From the NCBI GenBank assembly GCA_949127705.1, contig CASBQJ010000587.1:1-35564 (forward strand): DNA of 35,564 nucleotides, read 5' to 3'. The DNA is from Synechococcales cyanobacterium PMM_0085. Its GTDB lineage: Bacteria; Cyanobacteriota; Cyanobacteriia; Elainellales; Elainellaceae. The notes beneath the pieces were generated by a model, which ran no database searches, was not told the DNA's origin, and saw only the letters and a program-made list of their open reading frames with translations. Both the position numbers and the translations under genes were made by a program. This document shows positions 1-10,768 of this stretch, piece after piece; positions within the stretch are counted from its first letter, which is position 1, and every line of letters begins with the position of its first letter.

Positions 1-1013
1 ACCGCTGGGCTGGGCGTTGGACTGGGCGTTGGGCTGGGCGTTGGACTAGGTCTGGGACTGGGCTGGGGCGGCTCTGGCACATAGTTTGGATCAACAATGC
101 CCCGAGCCTCAGCCGCCGTTAGTTCACCCCGCACTAGTTTTGAGAGGGTATCGCTGCCGCCGGGTTGGTAATTAATCAGCCGCACCGTGTTGTTAAAGGC
201 ATTGGCGATCGCGTCTCCGTCTTCATTCAGCAGTTCTAGCTGCACCCAGTTTTTCCCTGGCTTCAATCCCTTTAAATAAATCGGCTGCCACTCATCAAAA
301 ATAAAACTGGCACCATTGACCGTAGCCCGAATCCGCCAGTCTTGAATGCTGTCGTCGGCGCGCTCTTGGGCAATCAGATGCAGCGGCACGTTGGTCAGAT
401 AAAAATCCAACATAACGGGTTCGGCCCCATAGGTTCCCGTAGGGCGGCTGTAGGTCAACAGCGGCTGGCCGCTCACAGGCTGGTTTTCTGGCGTTTTGGT
501 CAACACATGAAACGTGGTTAGCGCAAAGGCTCCATCGTTTTTGAAGGTTTCATGCCAGGGGCGAGACGCGATCGCCCGAACGGTGTGGGTGCCCGGCGCT
601 AAATCTTTAAACACCAGCGGCTGCTCTAGGTCATACATGGCCTGATAGGGCTGGTTGTCCAAAATCACATGTAAGTGAGGCCCTAGCCCCAAATCTTTGT
701 CCCGATAAATAGGCAAGTCTTTGACCTGGACGCGCACGGAAACTTGCTCGTCTGTTAAAACTTCCCCAGGACGCGGGCTGAGAATTTTAATCTGAGGCTG
801 GTAGGTTTCTAGAAATGGGCGCAGTTCTTGCAGGGCAGCAGGCGGCGATACTTCAGATACATTGCCCACTAGCGGAGCGTTTGCCCCCGATGGACGCACG
901 TTTTTACCAGCAGGGCGATCGCCGCAGGCTACCAGGCTCAACCCTAGCACCATCGCCATTATTCCTGCTAATAGCGGCCTGACCGTATTCCACCAACGCG
1001 TTTTCCCTATCAC
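1..1013 (-). CDS. conserved hypothetical lipoprotein; 3' end cut by the window edge; Pro/Ser/Thr-rich C-terminal tail
   Basis: It is absent from the ORF track because it runs off the window. My reverse-strand translation from GTG 1013 (alternative ATG 959) stays open to position 1. It reads (M)IGKTRWWNTVRPLLAGIMAMVLGLSLVAC-GDRPAG, a signal peptide plus an L-V-A-C lipobox, then ...PHLHVILDNQPYQAMYDLEQPLVFKDLAPGTHTVRAIASRPWHE..., and ends PEPPQPSPRPSPTPSPTPSPTPSPA at the edge. I recognise no family name. Confidence 0.6.
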   Translation of the reverse strand, partial: MIGKTRWWNTVRPLLAGIMAMVLGLSLVACGDRPAGKNVRPSGANAPLVGNVSEVSPPAALQELRPFLETYQPQIKILSPRPGEVLTDEQVSVRVQVKDLPIYRDKDLGLGPHLHVILDNQPYQAMYDLEQPLVFKDLAPGTHTVRAIASRPWHETFKNDGAFALTTFHVLTKTPENQPVSGQPLLTYSRPTGTYGAEPVMLDFYLTNVPLHLIAQERADDSIQDWRIRATVNGASFIFDEWQPIYLKGLKPGKNWVQLELLNEDGDAIANAFNNTVRLINYQPGGSDTLSKLVRGELTAAEARGIVDPNYVPEPPQPSPRPSPTPSPTPSPTPSPA

Positions 1014-1122
1014 AGCCAGACTCCTGAGCGATCGCCAATGCAGCTAAAACCTGTCCATACGGAACTATATCGGATTAGCGCCCCTCTCCGGCACTGATCA
1101 GAAGGCTTCCTATGCATCTTTA

Positions 1123-1170
1123 TTCTGCGGATTTTTCTGCGGATTTTTCTGCGGATTTTTCTGCGGATCT
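1123..1170. repeat. 12-bp tandem repeat x4 (TTCTGCGGATTT; last unit TTCTGCGGATCT)
   Basis: Read directly. It creates the artefactual SADFSADFSADF ORF at 1112..1312. It lies in the spacer between the lipoprotein gene start (1013, minus) and psaA (1700, plus). Confidence 0.9.
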
Positions 1171-1432
1171 TTTACGTCTCCAGGTTTGCAGTCTTTTTGG
1201 CATGCGTTCCCTTCAAGGTGGGCAAATTGATCGGCTCGTGGATGCTCAATCCCTTTTTGATCTATCTAAGGATCTTTACTGTGAGATCTGTGTCATCTAT
1301 TTCATTTTGTAAAGAATCGGCAATAAAAGCACGCTTGCTGGATCAGCGTTGAGGTTGAAAGGCACAGCGAGTCTTGTTTTGCCATTCTTGAATTATTGTT
1401 ACTTGTGATCGAGCTGTTGCAGATTACGGCTC

Positions 1433-1438
1433 TATAAT
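1433..1438 (+). promoter_or_regulatory. candidate -10 box (TATAAT) upstream of psaA
   Basis: A perfect TATAAT lies ~260 nt upstream of the psaA ATG. There is no convincing -35 at 17 bp spacing. This is a guess only. Confidence 0.2.
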
Positions 1439-1699
1439 CAGTGGAAACACCCTACAAGTTTCGCTGTCGTTGTTTTGGCGTCCAAACCAGATCACGGCTT
1501 CGATATCTCTCTCGATTTCATGCGGCCCGTTTTAAGGGCTTCTGCTTAGGAGATTGAACCCGCTCCCCTTGGGTCTCATAGGCTTGGTCATTAAATCATC
1601 GGCTCTTGGCTGATGAGTCGAGTAGAGAGTTGCTGCCCTGTGCAGAGCTTGATTTGGGTATTATTTTCGTTCCTTGTCTAGAGAGAGGAGAGTCTCTAA

Positions 1700-3955
1700 A
1701 TGACAACTACCCCACGGGAGCGAGAGGCGAAAGCCAAGATCGCAGTGGACAAGGATCCGGTTCCCACCTCCTTTGAGTTGTGGGCTAAGCCGGGTCATTT
1801 CGACCGTACCCTGGCAAAGGGACCAAAGACCACAACCTGGATTTGGAACCTGCATGCCGATGCTCACGATTTTGATAGTCATACCAGCGACTTAGAAGAC
1901 ATTTCCCGTAAGATCTTCAGCGCCCATTTTGGTCACCTCGCGGTGATCTTTATCTGGCTGAGCGGGATGTATTTCCACGGGGCTAAGTTTTCAAACTATG
2001 AAGCTTGGCTGACCAACCCCACCGGGATTAAACCCAGTGCGCAGGTGGTCTGGCCGATCGTTGGTCAAGAGATTTTGAATGCAGATGTAGGTGGCGGGTT
2101 CCACGGAATCCAAATCACCTCTGGCTTCTTCCAACTGTGGAGAGCATCGGGCATCACCAACGAATTCCAGCTTTATTGCACCGCCATTGGTGGTCTGGTC
2201 ATGGCAGCACTCATGCTGTTTGCTGGCTGGTTCCATTACCACAAACGCGCTCCTAAACTGGAGTGGTTCCAAAATGTTGAATCGATGATGAACCATCACC
2301 TAGCAGGTTTGCTGGGCTTGGGTTCTCTCGGTTGGGCAGGGCACCAAATCCACGTTTCGCTGCCTATTAACCAACTGTTAGATGCTGGGGTTGCTCCTAA
2401 AGACATCCCCTTGCCTCATGAGTTCATTTTGAACTCCAGCTTGATGGCAGATATTTACCCCAGCTTCTCTAAGGGTCTAGCGCCCTTCTTTACGCTCAAC
2501 TGGGGCGAGTATGCAGACTTCCTCACCTTCAAAGGTGGGCTCAACCCGGTGACAGGTGGCTTGTGGCTGAGCGATACGGCACACCATCACTTGGCGATCG
2601 CCGTTCTGTTCATCATCGCGGGTCACATGTACCGCACTAACTGGGGCATCGGCCACAGCATGAAAACCATCCTGGAGGCTCACAAGGGTCCCTTCACGGG
2701 TGAAGGGCACAAGGGTCTCTACGAGATTCTCACGACCTCTTGGCATGCTCAGTTGTCTATCAACTTGGCAATGATGGGATCTGTGACCATCATCGTGGCG
2801 CAGCACATGTACGCCATGCCTCCTTATCCTTATCTGGCGACCGACTATCCTACTCAGATTTCTCTGTTTACCCACCACATGTGGATCGGAGGATTCTTGA
2901 TTGTGGGTGCTGCGGCTCACGCTGCCATCTTTATGGTGCGCGACTACGATCCGGCTCAGAACGTAAACAACCTTCTGGATCGCGTCATCCGTCATCGCGA
3001 CGCCATTATTTCTCACCTCAACTGGGTCTGTATTTTCCTGGGCTTCCATAGCTTTGGTCTATACATCCACAACGACACCATGCGTGCATTGGGTCGCCCT
3101 CAAGACATGTTCTCTGATACGGCGATCAATCTACAGCCGGTGTTTGCTCAGTGGGTTCAACACCTGCACACCATTGCTCCTGGCGGCACTGCTCCCAACG
3201 CCCTAGCGCCTGCTAGCTTTGCGTTTGGTGGCGGCATCGTTGCAGTGGGTGGCAAGGTTGCCATGATGCCGATCGCCTTGGGCACGGCAGATTTCATGGT
3301 GCACCACATTCACGCGTTTACGATCCACGTAACGGCACTGATTCTCTTGAAAGGTGTGCTGTTTGCCCGTAGCTCTCGTCTGATTCCAGACAAAGCGAAC
3401 TTGGGTTTCCGCTTCCCTTGCGACGGTCCCGGTCGGGGCGGCACCTGCCAGGTTTCTGGTTGGGATCACGTCTTCCTCGGTCTGTTCTGGATGTACAATT
3501 CCCTCTCTATTGTGATTTTCCACTTCAGCTGGAAAATGCAGTCAGATGTTTGGGGAACTGTGGCACCCGATGGTTCCGTGACTCACATCACGAACGGCAA
3601 CTTTGCTCAAAGTGCCATCACGATTAACGGATGGCTGCGTGACTTCCTTTGGGCACAAGCCACTCAAGTAATCAGCTCCTACGGGTCAGCTTTGTCTGCC
3701 TACGGTTTGCTGTTCTTGGGCGCTCACTTTGTGTGGGCATTCAGCCTCATGTTCCTGTTCAGCGGTCGTGGCTACTGGCAGGAATTGATTGAGTCCATTG
3801 TGTGGGCACATAGCAAACTCAATGTTGCTCCTGCAATTCAGCCTCGCGCTCTGAGTATTATTCAGGGTCGTGCGGTTGGGGTAGCTCACTACCTCTTGGG
3901 AGGAATCGTCACCACTTGGGCGTTTTTCCTAGCTCGGATCATTTCTGTCGGATGA
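1700..3955 (+). CDS. psaA: photosystem I P700 chlorophyll a apoprotein A1 (PsaA)
   Basis: 751-aa ORF. It has the N-terminus [34 protein letters not shown] and the FX cluster loop [12 protein letters not shown]. The length is canonical and psaB follows 23 bp downstream. Confidence 0.99.
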   Translation: MTTTPREREAKAKIAVDKDPVPTSFELWAKPGHFDRTLAKGPKTTTWIWNLHADAHDFDSHTSDLEDISRKIFSAHFGHLAVIFIWLSGMYFHGAKFSNYEAWLTNPTGIKPSAQVVWPIVGQEILNADVGGGFHGIQITSGFFQLWRASGITNEFQLYCTAIGGLVMAALMLFAGWFHYHKRAPKLEWFQNVESMMNHHLAGLLGLGSLGWAGHQIHVSLPINQLLDAGVAPKDIPLPHEFILNSSLMADIYPSFSKGLAPFFTLNWGEYADFLTFKGGLNPVTGGLWLSDTAHHHLAIAVLFIIAGHMYRTNWGIGHSMKTILEAHKGPFTGEGHKGLYEILTTSWHAQLSINLAMMGSVTIIVAQHMYAMPPYPYLATDYPTQISLFTHHMWIGGFLIVGAAAHAAIFMVRDYDPAQNVNNLLDRVIRHRDAIISHLNWVCIFLGFHSFGLYIHNDTMRALGRPQDMFSDTAINLQPVFAQWVQHLHTIAPGGTAPNALAPASFAFGGGIVAVGGKVAMMPIALGTADFMVHHIHAFTIHVTALILLKGVLFARSSRLIPDKANLGFRFPCDGPGRGGTCQVSGWDHVFLGLFWMYNSLSIVIFHFSWKMQSDVWGTVAPDGSVTHITNGNFAQSAITINGWLRDFLWAQATQVISSYGSALSAYGLLFLGAHFVWAFSLMFLFSGRGYWQELIESIVWAHSKLNVAPAIQPRALSIIQGRAVGVAHYLLGGIVTTWAFFLARIISVG

Positions 3956-3978
3956 CCACGAGGAGATCTCGTTAGACT

Positions 3979-6207
3979 ATGGCAACTAAATTCCCAAAAT
4001 TTAGCCAGGACTTGGCTCAAGATCCGACCACTCGTCGGATTTGGTACGGGATTGCCACTGCCCATGACTTTGAAAGCCACGATGGCATGACGGAGGAAAA
4101 TCTTTACCAAAAGATTTTTGCTTCTCATTTCGGCCACTTGGCAATCATCTTCCTGTGGACATCTGGCAACCTGTTCCACGTCGCATGGCAAGGCAACTTC
4201 GAACAGTGGATTAAAGACCCTCTCCATGTCCGTCCCATCGCTCACGCGATTTGGGATCCTCACTTCGGCCAAGCCGCAGTGGATGCGTTTACTCAAGCGG
4301 GTGCGTCTGGCCCCGTCAACATCGCCTATTCCGGTGTGTACCACTGGTGGTACACCATCGGCATGCGCACCAATGGCGAACTCTATAGCGGTGCAGTGTT
4401 CCTACTGCTGCTGTCTGCTGTCTTCCTGTTTGCAGGTTGGCTGCACCTTCAGCCCAAGTTCCGGCCCTCGCTATCTTGGTTCAAGAATGCTGAGTCTCGC
4501 CTCAACCACCACCTAGCTGGTTTGTTTGGTGTGAGCTCGCTGGCTTGGACGGGTCACTTGGTTCACGTCGCCATTCCCGAGTCTCGCGGCGTCCATGTAG
4601 GCTGGGATAACTTCCTCTCTGTGAAGCCTCACCCTGCTGGTCTAATGCCTTTCTTTACGGGCAACTGGGGCGTGTATGCCGAAAATCCTGATGGTCTAAA
4701 TCAGATTTTTGGTACGTCTGAAGGCGCTGGTACCGCAATCTTGACCTTCTTGGGTGGTTTCCATCCCCAGACTGAGTCACTGTGGTTGACAGACATGGCT
4801 CATCACCATTTGGCGATCGCCGTTCTGTTCATCATTGCGGGTCACATGTACCGCACTAACTTCGGCATTGGTCACAGCATCAAAGAAATGCTGAACTCCA
4901 AGGCTGGCTTGCTGAGCAAGAGCAGTGAAGGTCAGTTCAACCTGCCTCACCAGGGTCTATACGACACCCTGAACAATTCCTTGCACTTCCAGTTGGCACT
5001 GGCATTGGCTTCCTTGGGCGTGATCACCTCTTTGGTGGCACAGCACATGTATGCCTTGCCTCCCTATGCCTTCATTGCCCGCGATTACACCACGCAAGCG
5101 GCGCTCTATACTCACCACCAGTACATTGCTGGATTCATTATGGTGGGGGCGTTTGCTCACGGTGCCATCTTCCTGGTGCGGGACTATGATCCGGCTCAGA
5201 ACAAAGGCAACGTGTTGGATCGCGTTCTGCAACACAAAGAGGCCATCATCTCTCACCTGAGCTGGGTGTCTCTGTTCCTGGGCTTCCACACCCTGGGAAT
5301 CTATGTCCACAACGACGTGGTACAGGCGTTTGCTACTCCCGAGAAGCAAATCCTGATCGAACCAGTGTTCGCACAGTTCGTTCAGGCCGCCTCTGGTAAG
5401 GCGCTGTATGGATTTAGCACGCTGCTGTCTAACCCTGACAGTATTGCCGCAACCGCTTGGCCTAACCACGGCGACGTGTGGCTGCCCGGTTGGCTAGACG
5501 CCATCAACAGCGGCACGAACTCGCTGTTCTTGACCATTGGCCCTGGCGACTTCTTGGTTCACCATGCGATCGCCCTGGGTCTGCACACCACCACCTTGAT
5601 CTTGGTCAAGGGCGCGTTGGATGCACGCGGTTCCAAGCTGATGCCCGACAAAAAAGACTTCGGCTACAGCTTCCCTTGCGACGGCCCTGGCCGTGGCGGC
5701 ACCTGCGACATCTCGGCGTGGGATTCCTTCTACCTGGCGATGTTCTGGATGCTCAATACCATTGGTTGGGTTACCTTCTACTGGCATTGGAAACACCTAG
5801 GCATCTGGTCGGGTAACGTATCTCAGTTCAACGAAAGCTCTACCTATTTGATGGGCTGGTTGAGAGACTACCTCTGGCTATATTCTGCTCCGCTGATCAA
5901 CGGGTATAACCCCTTCGGCATGAACAATCTGTCGGTTTGGGCTTGGATGTTCCTATTTGGACACCTGGTCTGGGCAACGGGCTTCATGTTCTTGATCTCC
6001 TGGAGAGGCTACTGGCAAGAGCTGATCGAAACCATCGTTTGGGCACACGAGCGCACTCCTTTAGCCAACTTGGTTCGCTGGAAGGACAAGCCCGTTGCAC
6101 TGTCTATCGTTCAGGCTCGTTTGGTTGGTTTGGCACACTTCACCGTGGGCTATATCCTCACCTATGCAGCCTTCTTGATTGCCTCAACGGCGGCTAGATT
6201 TGGTTAG
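3979..6207 (+). CDS. psaB: photosystem I P700 chlorophyll a apoprotein A2 (PsaB)
   Basis: 742-aa ORF. It starts [36 protein letters not shown], carries [12 protein letters not shown], and has the canonical length and position after psaA. Confidence 0.99.
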   Translation: MATKFPKFSQDLAQDPTTRRIWYGIATAHDFESHDGMTEENLYQKIFASHFGHLAIIFLWTSGNLFHVAWQGNFEQWIKDPLHVRPIAHAIWDPHFGQAAVDAFTQAGASGPVNIAYSGVYHWWYTIGMRTNGELYSGAVFLLLLSAVFLFAGWLHLQPKFRPSLSWFKNAESRLNHHLAGLFGVSSLAWTGHLVHVAIPESRGVHVGWDNFLSVKPHPAGLMPFFTGNWGVYAENPDGLNQIFGTSEGAGTAILTFLGGFHPQTESLWLTDMAHHHLAIAVLFIIAGHMYRTNFGIGHSIKEMLNSKAGLLSKSSEGQFNLPHQGLYDTLNNSLHFQLALALASLGVITSLVAQHMYALPPYAFIARDYTTQAALYTHHQYIAGFIMVGAFAHGAIFLVRDYDPAQNKGNVLDRVLQHKEAIISHLSWVSLFLGFHTLGIYVHNDVVQAFATPEKQILIEPVFAQFVQAASGKALYGFSTLLSNPDSIAATAWPNHGDVWLPGWLDAINSGTNSLFLTIGPGDFLVHHAIALGLHTTTLILVKGALDARGSKLMPDKKDFGYSFPCDGPGRGGTCDISAWDSFYLAMFWMLNTIGWVTFYWHWKHLGIWSGNVSQFNESSTYLMGWLRDYLWLYSAPLINGYNPFGMNNLSVWAWMFLFGHLVWATGFMFLISWRGYWQELIETIVWAHERTPLANLVRWKDKPVALSIVQARLVGLAHFTVGYILTYAAFLIASTAARFG

Positions 6208-6235
6208 CGCAGCTAGCTAATTCTTAGGTACAAAG

Positions 6236-6270
6236 AAAAGTCCCCCAACCCAGGTTGGGGGACTTTTTTA
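6236..6270. terminator. bidirectional intrinsic terminator between psaB and the convergent gene
   Basis: The sequence AAAAGTCCCCCAACC-CA-GGTTGGGGGACTTTTTT forms a GC-rich stem of >=10 bp. A T-run follows on the plus strand and CTTTTCTTT follows on the minus strand. Confidence 0.75.
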
Positions 6271-6290
6271 GGTAACGTTAGGATCTCAGC

Positions 6291-7556
6291 TTACTGAACA
6301 CCGGGGCTGCTCAATCCCCCGTTGACATTTTGTGGGACGGATGGAGGCTGAACGGTTGAAGGTGGCGGTTCAGGGGGTTGGAGAGTCGCGGGAGGATTAG
6401 AATCTGGCTTTATTTTGGGGGGGATTGGCGTAAATTCTGGAGTAGGTTCGATGGGGGGATAGAACGACGAGTCTGCTCCGCTATCGGTTAGGGGGTCGGG
6501 CAAAGGGGCAAGCGGATCAAAGACAGGGGATATTTCTTCAACGGCCGCTGGCGGGACTCTGGGCGATCGCACCGCAGGCACATTTTCCGAAAATGCCCCT
6601 TGATCTGAGCCTCTGCCACCGACTGCAGGGCGACCGTTAAATCGATCAGCCTCCTCAGGCAGATCTAGAGGAGTTGATAGATCAACTGGGTCGTCACCCA
6701 CCCATCCTTCAATCGGCGGAAACGCCTGCTCATTATTGAGAATAGGAGAGAGCAGCGACGGATTGTTGGTGCTGTTCGAAGCATGAGTCCGCAGCACCCA
6801 GCCAAAACTAGCGCCTGCCAGTCCGGCGGCGATCGATGTTAATCCTAGAGCCATGGGAATCCATAGCTTAGATTTGTTTTGTTTGGCTGAAGCTGAAGGC
6901 GAGGCTGTGAGCACAGTGACTTTAGTTTGAGGGGTAGATTGAACGGCGGGTTGGCCTGTCTGGAGGCTGCCAGAAGCAGGACTGCTGACAGGCGAGGTTC
7001 CGTGCTGCGGCTGGCCGTTCTGAGCGGTGGGGCGCTGCATCTTCTGAGGGGATGTTGGAGCGGAAGACGGTGGAACGGAAGACGGTGGAGGTTGAAGAGT
7101 GGTCGCAACGGGCTGAATGACGGTTTGTTGGGGCAAAGAGGCGGTGTGGCCGTTGTTCGCGTTTAATCCGTTTAATTCTAGAGGACTAGCTGTGGGCGAA
7201 GTGGGTGCTGGTGCAGAGGATAAAAAGTTTACCACTGGAGAAAACCAGGTGCGCAGGTCGGGATCAAGCTCCCCTTCGGCATGGTTTAGGACAATAAACA
7301 GCAGATTAGACTCGATAAAACACTCTAAAACACTGACCTGAGGATTAGGCAGTGGGCTGAGGCGCTGACGGACTGTCGCTAGAAACTGATCCAAGTCAGA
7401 AGCAGGGGGTTCAGGGAGATTTAAGGTCTGCACGACCACAACTTGAGCTAGATCTACCTGTAATGCCTGATAGGTAATGCCCCACTCATTTTGCTCCAAG
7501 ACTGTTTGGATTGTGTACTTACCATGTTGCAACGTCGCGCCAGCCATCAGGGTCAT
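6291..7556 (-). CDS. membrane protein with a degenerate Ser/Thr-kinase N-lobe-like N-terminus, proline-rich linkers and one TM helix
   Basis: The track ORF is 6291..7607 (TTG start); the in-frame ATG at 7556 gives MTLMAGATLQHGKYTIQ.... The N-terminus resembles kinase subdomains I-V but lacks the glycine loop and the lysine. A TM segment LWIPMALGLTSIAAGLAGASFGWVL is present, and the long tails are P/S/T/Q-rich. Confidence 0.7.
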   Translation of the reverse strand: MTLMAGATLQHGKYTIQTVLEQNEWGITYQALQVDLAQVVVVQTLNLPEPPASDLDQFLATVRQRLSPLPNPQVSVLECFIESNLLFIVLNHAEGELDPDLRTWFSPVVNFLSSAPAPTSPTASPLELNGLNANNGHTASLPQQTVIQPVATTLQPPPSSVPPSSAPTSPQKMQRPTAQNGQPQHGTSPVSSPASGSLQTGQPAVQSTPQTKVTVLTASPSASAKQNKSKLWIPMALGLTSIAAGLAGASFGWVLRTHASNSTNNPSLLSPILNNEQAFPPIEGWVGDDPVDLSTPLDLPEEADRFNGRPAVGGRGSDQGAFSENVPAVRSPRVPPAAVEEISPVFDPLAPLPDPLTDSGADSSFYPPIEPTPEFTPIPPKIKPDSNPPATLQPPEPPPSTVQPPSVPQNVNGGLSSPGVQ

Positions 7557-7708
7557 AGCAAAAGAGATGGGGATTGAGGTGATAAAAATTCTACCAATTC
7601 TTACCAATTATGACAGGCCGATCGCCACACTGGGATCAGTGGAACGATCGCGCGCCGCCCCGACGGCCTTCATCTAATCCGCAACCTATCAGCAACGGCT
7701 TCATGCAC

Positions 7709-10525
7709 CTAAGCTCGGGGAAACTGCTCGGTCACAAACATTTCTGCTTCAGCTTGATGGCGCAATTCGCCATCTAAGGTCGCCATCAACAGCGCCTCTA
7801 AAATTTGCTTAAATTGTTTACCCGGCAGATAGCCTAGCCGCCTTAGATCGTTGCCCGAAAGCGGAGGCTTGACCTGAGACCAATGGGTCAGGTAGCGCCA
7901 AATCATTTGGCGCTGGGGGCGATCGCACCGAATCCCCACCAGGGCTAGGGTCGGCAGGCTGTAGCGGTTAAGCACCTGAACAATTTGGCTAGGGCGATCG
8001 CCGTCCTGGAGCTGGGCGGACACGGTAGTCTCAATGTCTGCTAGGTGGGTGAGGCGATCGCTACTGTCAACCGGAAGCTGTAGCCCCGTGGCCACTTTGC
8101 CTCGATCGAGCACGGGCAGATAGGCGAGGATAACTTCTAGTAAAACTTGCCAATGGTCGAGGGTCATTGTCGCGTCAAACCGCGCCAGCCAGCGATCGGC
8201 CAGTCGTAGCTGCCACCACAGGGTGTCGTCCAACACCAGCTGTGGATGCAGGCATTTTAGAGCGTCTAGATCTGCTAATTTACGCAGGGCGATTTTCCAA
8301 TAGGGGGCTTCTAAAATATATTTCAGCTCGCGCTTCAGTCGGGTTTGGAGCGCGGGAGTATGTGCTTGGGCAATTTGAGTGCGGCTATAAATGCCGCTGG
8401 CGATCGCATAGCGAATATAGGCTTCAGTCTGCGACTCCAACTCAAACCCTAGCCGTACCGCAAACCGCACCGCTCGGTAAATCCGCGTGGGGTCTTCAAT
8501 AAAACTGTTGACGTGGAGCACCCGAATCTGCCGCTTTTGCAGATCAATTAACCCGCCAAAAAAGTCCAATAATTCACCCTGACACGGTTCGCTCAGGCGA
8601 ATGGCTAGAGCATTGATCGTAAAGTCGCGGCGGTATAGGTCTTGCCGAATTGAACTAGCTTCAACTTCTGGATTGGCCGCTGGGTATGGATAAAACTCGG
8701 TGCGGGCGGTGGCAATATCGAGCCAAAGCGAGTCTAGGGTGGGGTCATGATGCCAGGTTAAAGCAGCGGTCTGAAACCGCCCGTGAATTTGCAGCCGCAC
8801 GTGAGGATATTCCTGCTCGATCGCCCGAGCTAGAGCTACTCCTGCCGCTTGATCCGCCGAGCTGTGAAATCCGTCTACCACCAAATCGACATCGGGGATC
8901 AGCAGGGTATTTGCCTCTGCTAGCAGCAAATCTCTGACGGCTCCACCTACCATAAATAGCTGCCAGCCTCTGGATTCTGCTAACTCTGCCGTTTTGGTTA
9001 ATAAATTCCACAGCGGAGCGGCTAGGCGATCGCCCAACATCCGCCACATCACGGCTGGCATCGGACAGGCACTGCCCCAATTTTCCTCCCGCCCGTCATT
9101 CCCGTCCTCCCCTGCGGTCTCTCGCTGCCGCTGCAACACTTGCCGCAGCACATCCGTCCGCGTCACAATTCCCACCAAATGTCCATCTTGAAGCACGGGC
9201 AAGCGGCCAATGTCATGCGTCACCATCAACGCCTCCATGTCAGCTAGAGCGGTATCGGGTGTGATGGTTTTGAGGCGGGTGGTCATGTACCCCTTCACCG
9301 GAGCATGGCTAAACCCGTGGTGCAGAGCCAAATCCAAATCTCGCCGGGAAATAATGCCGACCAGCTGATCGTGATCGTCTACAACCGATAACCCCGAATG
9401 CCCGTAGCGCAGCAAAATCCGCTGAGCCTCCGCGATCGCCGTTTCAGGGCGAATGGTGCGCACCGGAGCCGACATCATTTGGCGGGCTGTAGCCGCAGGC
9501 CGGACACTAGATCGCACGGCCTGTACCAGATCAGCTAGAACTGTTTCTGGAGCATTGGTGCGCAAAGTCACAGTTGCCGCACTAGGGTGCCCGCCCCCAC
9601 CTAGCCCGTGGAACAACGGACTCAGATTTACCCCCCGCTCGCGCGCAGACGCCCGCGATCGCCCAATAATAGTCAGCTTTTCTTCAGTAGCTTTTCCTGA
9701 TGCCGCTAATTCTGCTAATTCTGCTGCTTCTCCTGATGCCCCTGATGCCGCTAATGCCCCCACCTGATCCGGCTTCACACCGCCATAGCGAGCCGCCAGC
9801 AGCAGCACATCGCTCTCCGTCAGGTTGGTCAAATGGCTAGCAAGGCTCGATAGCCCCGGCACATAATCCGGCACGTCTAACATCACCCAGGCTAGTGTAT
9901 GCCCCTGCTGTGTCTCGGTTTGGAGGTTGGCCAGCGCCCAGCTCAGCAAGTCTTGCAGCAGCGGTGATAGCCCAGGATTCACATACTGCGAAATCGTTGG
10001 CACACTGGCACCGTGCTGCATCAGCCAGGTCAGCGCTGCTGCATCACGCACCGTAGATGGGTCGAAGGTCAGCGATCCCGTATCAACGTGGATGCCCAGC
10101 GCCATCACCGTCGCCTCTGCTGGGGTGATGGTCACACCCTGCTGCTGCAATTGCTCGACTACCAGTGTGGTACTCGCTCCAACGGGTTCAATCCAGGTGT
10201 GCTGGGCTGGGATGTCACTCACGCCTTCTAAATGGTGGTCATAGATGGAAATGTCGAGGTTGGGCAATGTCAGCCACTCTGCCGCCTTGCCAAGGCGATC
10301 GCGCCACTGGGTATCGACTACAGTAATGGCACGGATAGCCGTTGGATTAACCGCTCGTCGCTCGATTAGGGCAAAGCGATCGCGGTGAAATGCCAAAAAT
10401 TGTCGCACCGTTGGGTGAGCACCCCCCGTCAACACCACTCGGGCTCCAGGATGCAGACAGGTCAGACCCACAGCTGCCCCCAGTGTGTCGAAATCGGCAG
10501 TAGTGTGACAAAGGATCAGGTGCAT
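7709..10525 (-). CDS. DHH/DHHA1-CBS-tRNA nucleotidyltransferase (CCA-adding / poly(A) polymerase family) fusion protein
   Basis: 938-aa ORF. The DHH motifs are HTTADFDTLGAA and IYDHH, and DHHA1 is GGGGH. A CBS pair is present (GIISRRDL, GIVTRTDVL). The nucleotidyltransferase head follows: GGAVRDLLL, VDLVVD, RRDFTINALA. Confidence 0.9.
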   Translation of the reverse strand: MHLILCHTTADFDTLGAAVGLTCLHPGARVVLTGGAHPTVRQFLAFHRDRFALIERRAVNPTAIRAITVVDTQWRDRLGKAAEWLTLPNLDISIYDHHLEGVSDIPAQHTWIEPVGASTTLVVEQLQQQGVTITPAEATVMALGIHVDTGSLTFDPSTVRDAAALTWLMQHGASVPTISQYVNPGLSPLLQDLLSWALANLQTETQQGHTLAWVMLDVPDYVPGLSSLASHLTNLTESDVLLLAARYGGVKPDQVGALAASGASGEAAELAELAASGKATEEKLTIIGRSRASARERGVNLSPLFHGLGGGGHPSAATVTLRTNAPETVLADLVQAVRSSVRPAATARQMMSAPVRTIRPETAIAEAQRILLRYGHSGLSVVDDHDQLVGIISRRDLDLALHHGFSHAPVKGYMTTRLKTITPDTALADMEALMVTHDIGRLPVLQDGHLVGIVTRTDVLRQVLQRQRETAGEDGNDGREENWGSACPMPAVMWRMLGDRLAAPLWNLLTKTAELAESRGWQLFMVGGAVRDLLLAEANTLLIPDVDLVVDGFHSSADQAAGVALARAIEQEYPHVRLQIHGRFQTAALTWHHDPTLDSLWLDIATARTEFYPYPAANPEVEASSIRQDLYRRDFTINALAIRLSEPCQGELLDFFGGLIDLQKRQIRVLHVNSFIEDPTRIYRAVRFAVRLGFELESQTEAYIRYAIASGIYSRTQIAQAHTPALQTRLKRELKYILEAPYWKIALRKLADLDALKCLHPQLVLDDTLWWQLRLADRWLARFDATMTLDHWQVLLEVILAYLPVLDRGKVATGLQLPVDSSDRLTHLADIETTVSAQLQDGDRPSQIVQVLNRYSLPTLALVGIRCDRPQRQMIWRYLTHWSQVKPPLSGNDLRRLGYLPGKQFKQILEALLMATLDGELRHQAEAEMFVTEQFPRA

Positions 10526-10768
10526 TGGGATCAGTCTTAGAGGGGGTTAGGCAGCAGTATCGAAGAAGGTTGGATTTTTCAGTCCGCAAGTGCACCAAAA
10601 AACAACTTTCCAAACATCCTCTCAGACAACTCTCCGTAGGGGTTCAATTTCTGATAGTTTAACTATGGGAGGCGATTGGGGGGGCAGGGTCTTGTCCTAT
10701 CAACAGCGTTGAGTCCTGTTGTTTGCCTTTAACAGTCGATTTTTGCGGTGTTATGAAGGAAAGCCATT

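Noticed and set aside
1112-1312. 66-aa ORF beginning MHLYSADFSADFSADFSADL
   Set aside because: Its repetitive peptide is simply the translation of the 12-bp tandem repeat in an intergenic region. It has no other coding signal.
1313-1699. Search for an RpaB-type HLR1 element ((G/T)TTACA(T/A)(T/A) direct repeat) upstream of psaA
   Set aside because: I found only a single half-site-like TTTACAAA (reverse strand near 1308-1315), with no properly spaced second half. I cannot support a call.
1991-5816. Many 60-190-aa ORFs on both strands inside psaA and psaB (for example 2477..3049, 3889..4344, 4957..5469)
   Set aside because: They are embedded in, or antisense to, two unmistakable highly conserved genes. 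They have Arg/Gly/Pro-rich, compositionally odd translations typical of off-frame ORFs in GC-rich coding DNA.
1700-6207. Possibility that psaA/psaB are far-red-light (FaRLiP) paralogs
   Set aside because: No neighbouring paralogous photosystem, apc or rfpABC genes are present. The flanks are housekeeping genes and the sequences look canonical.
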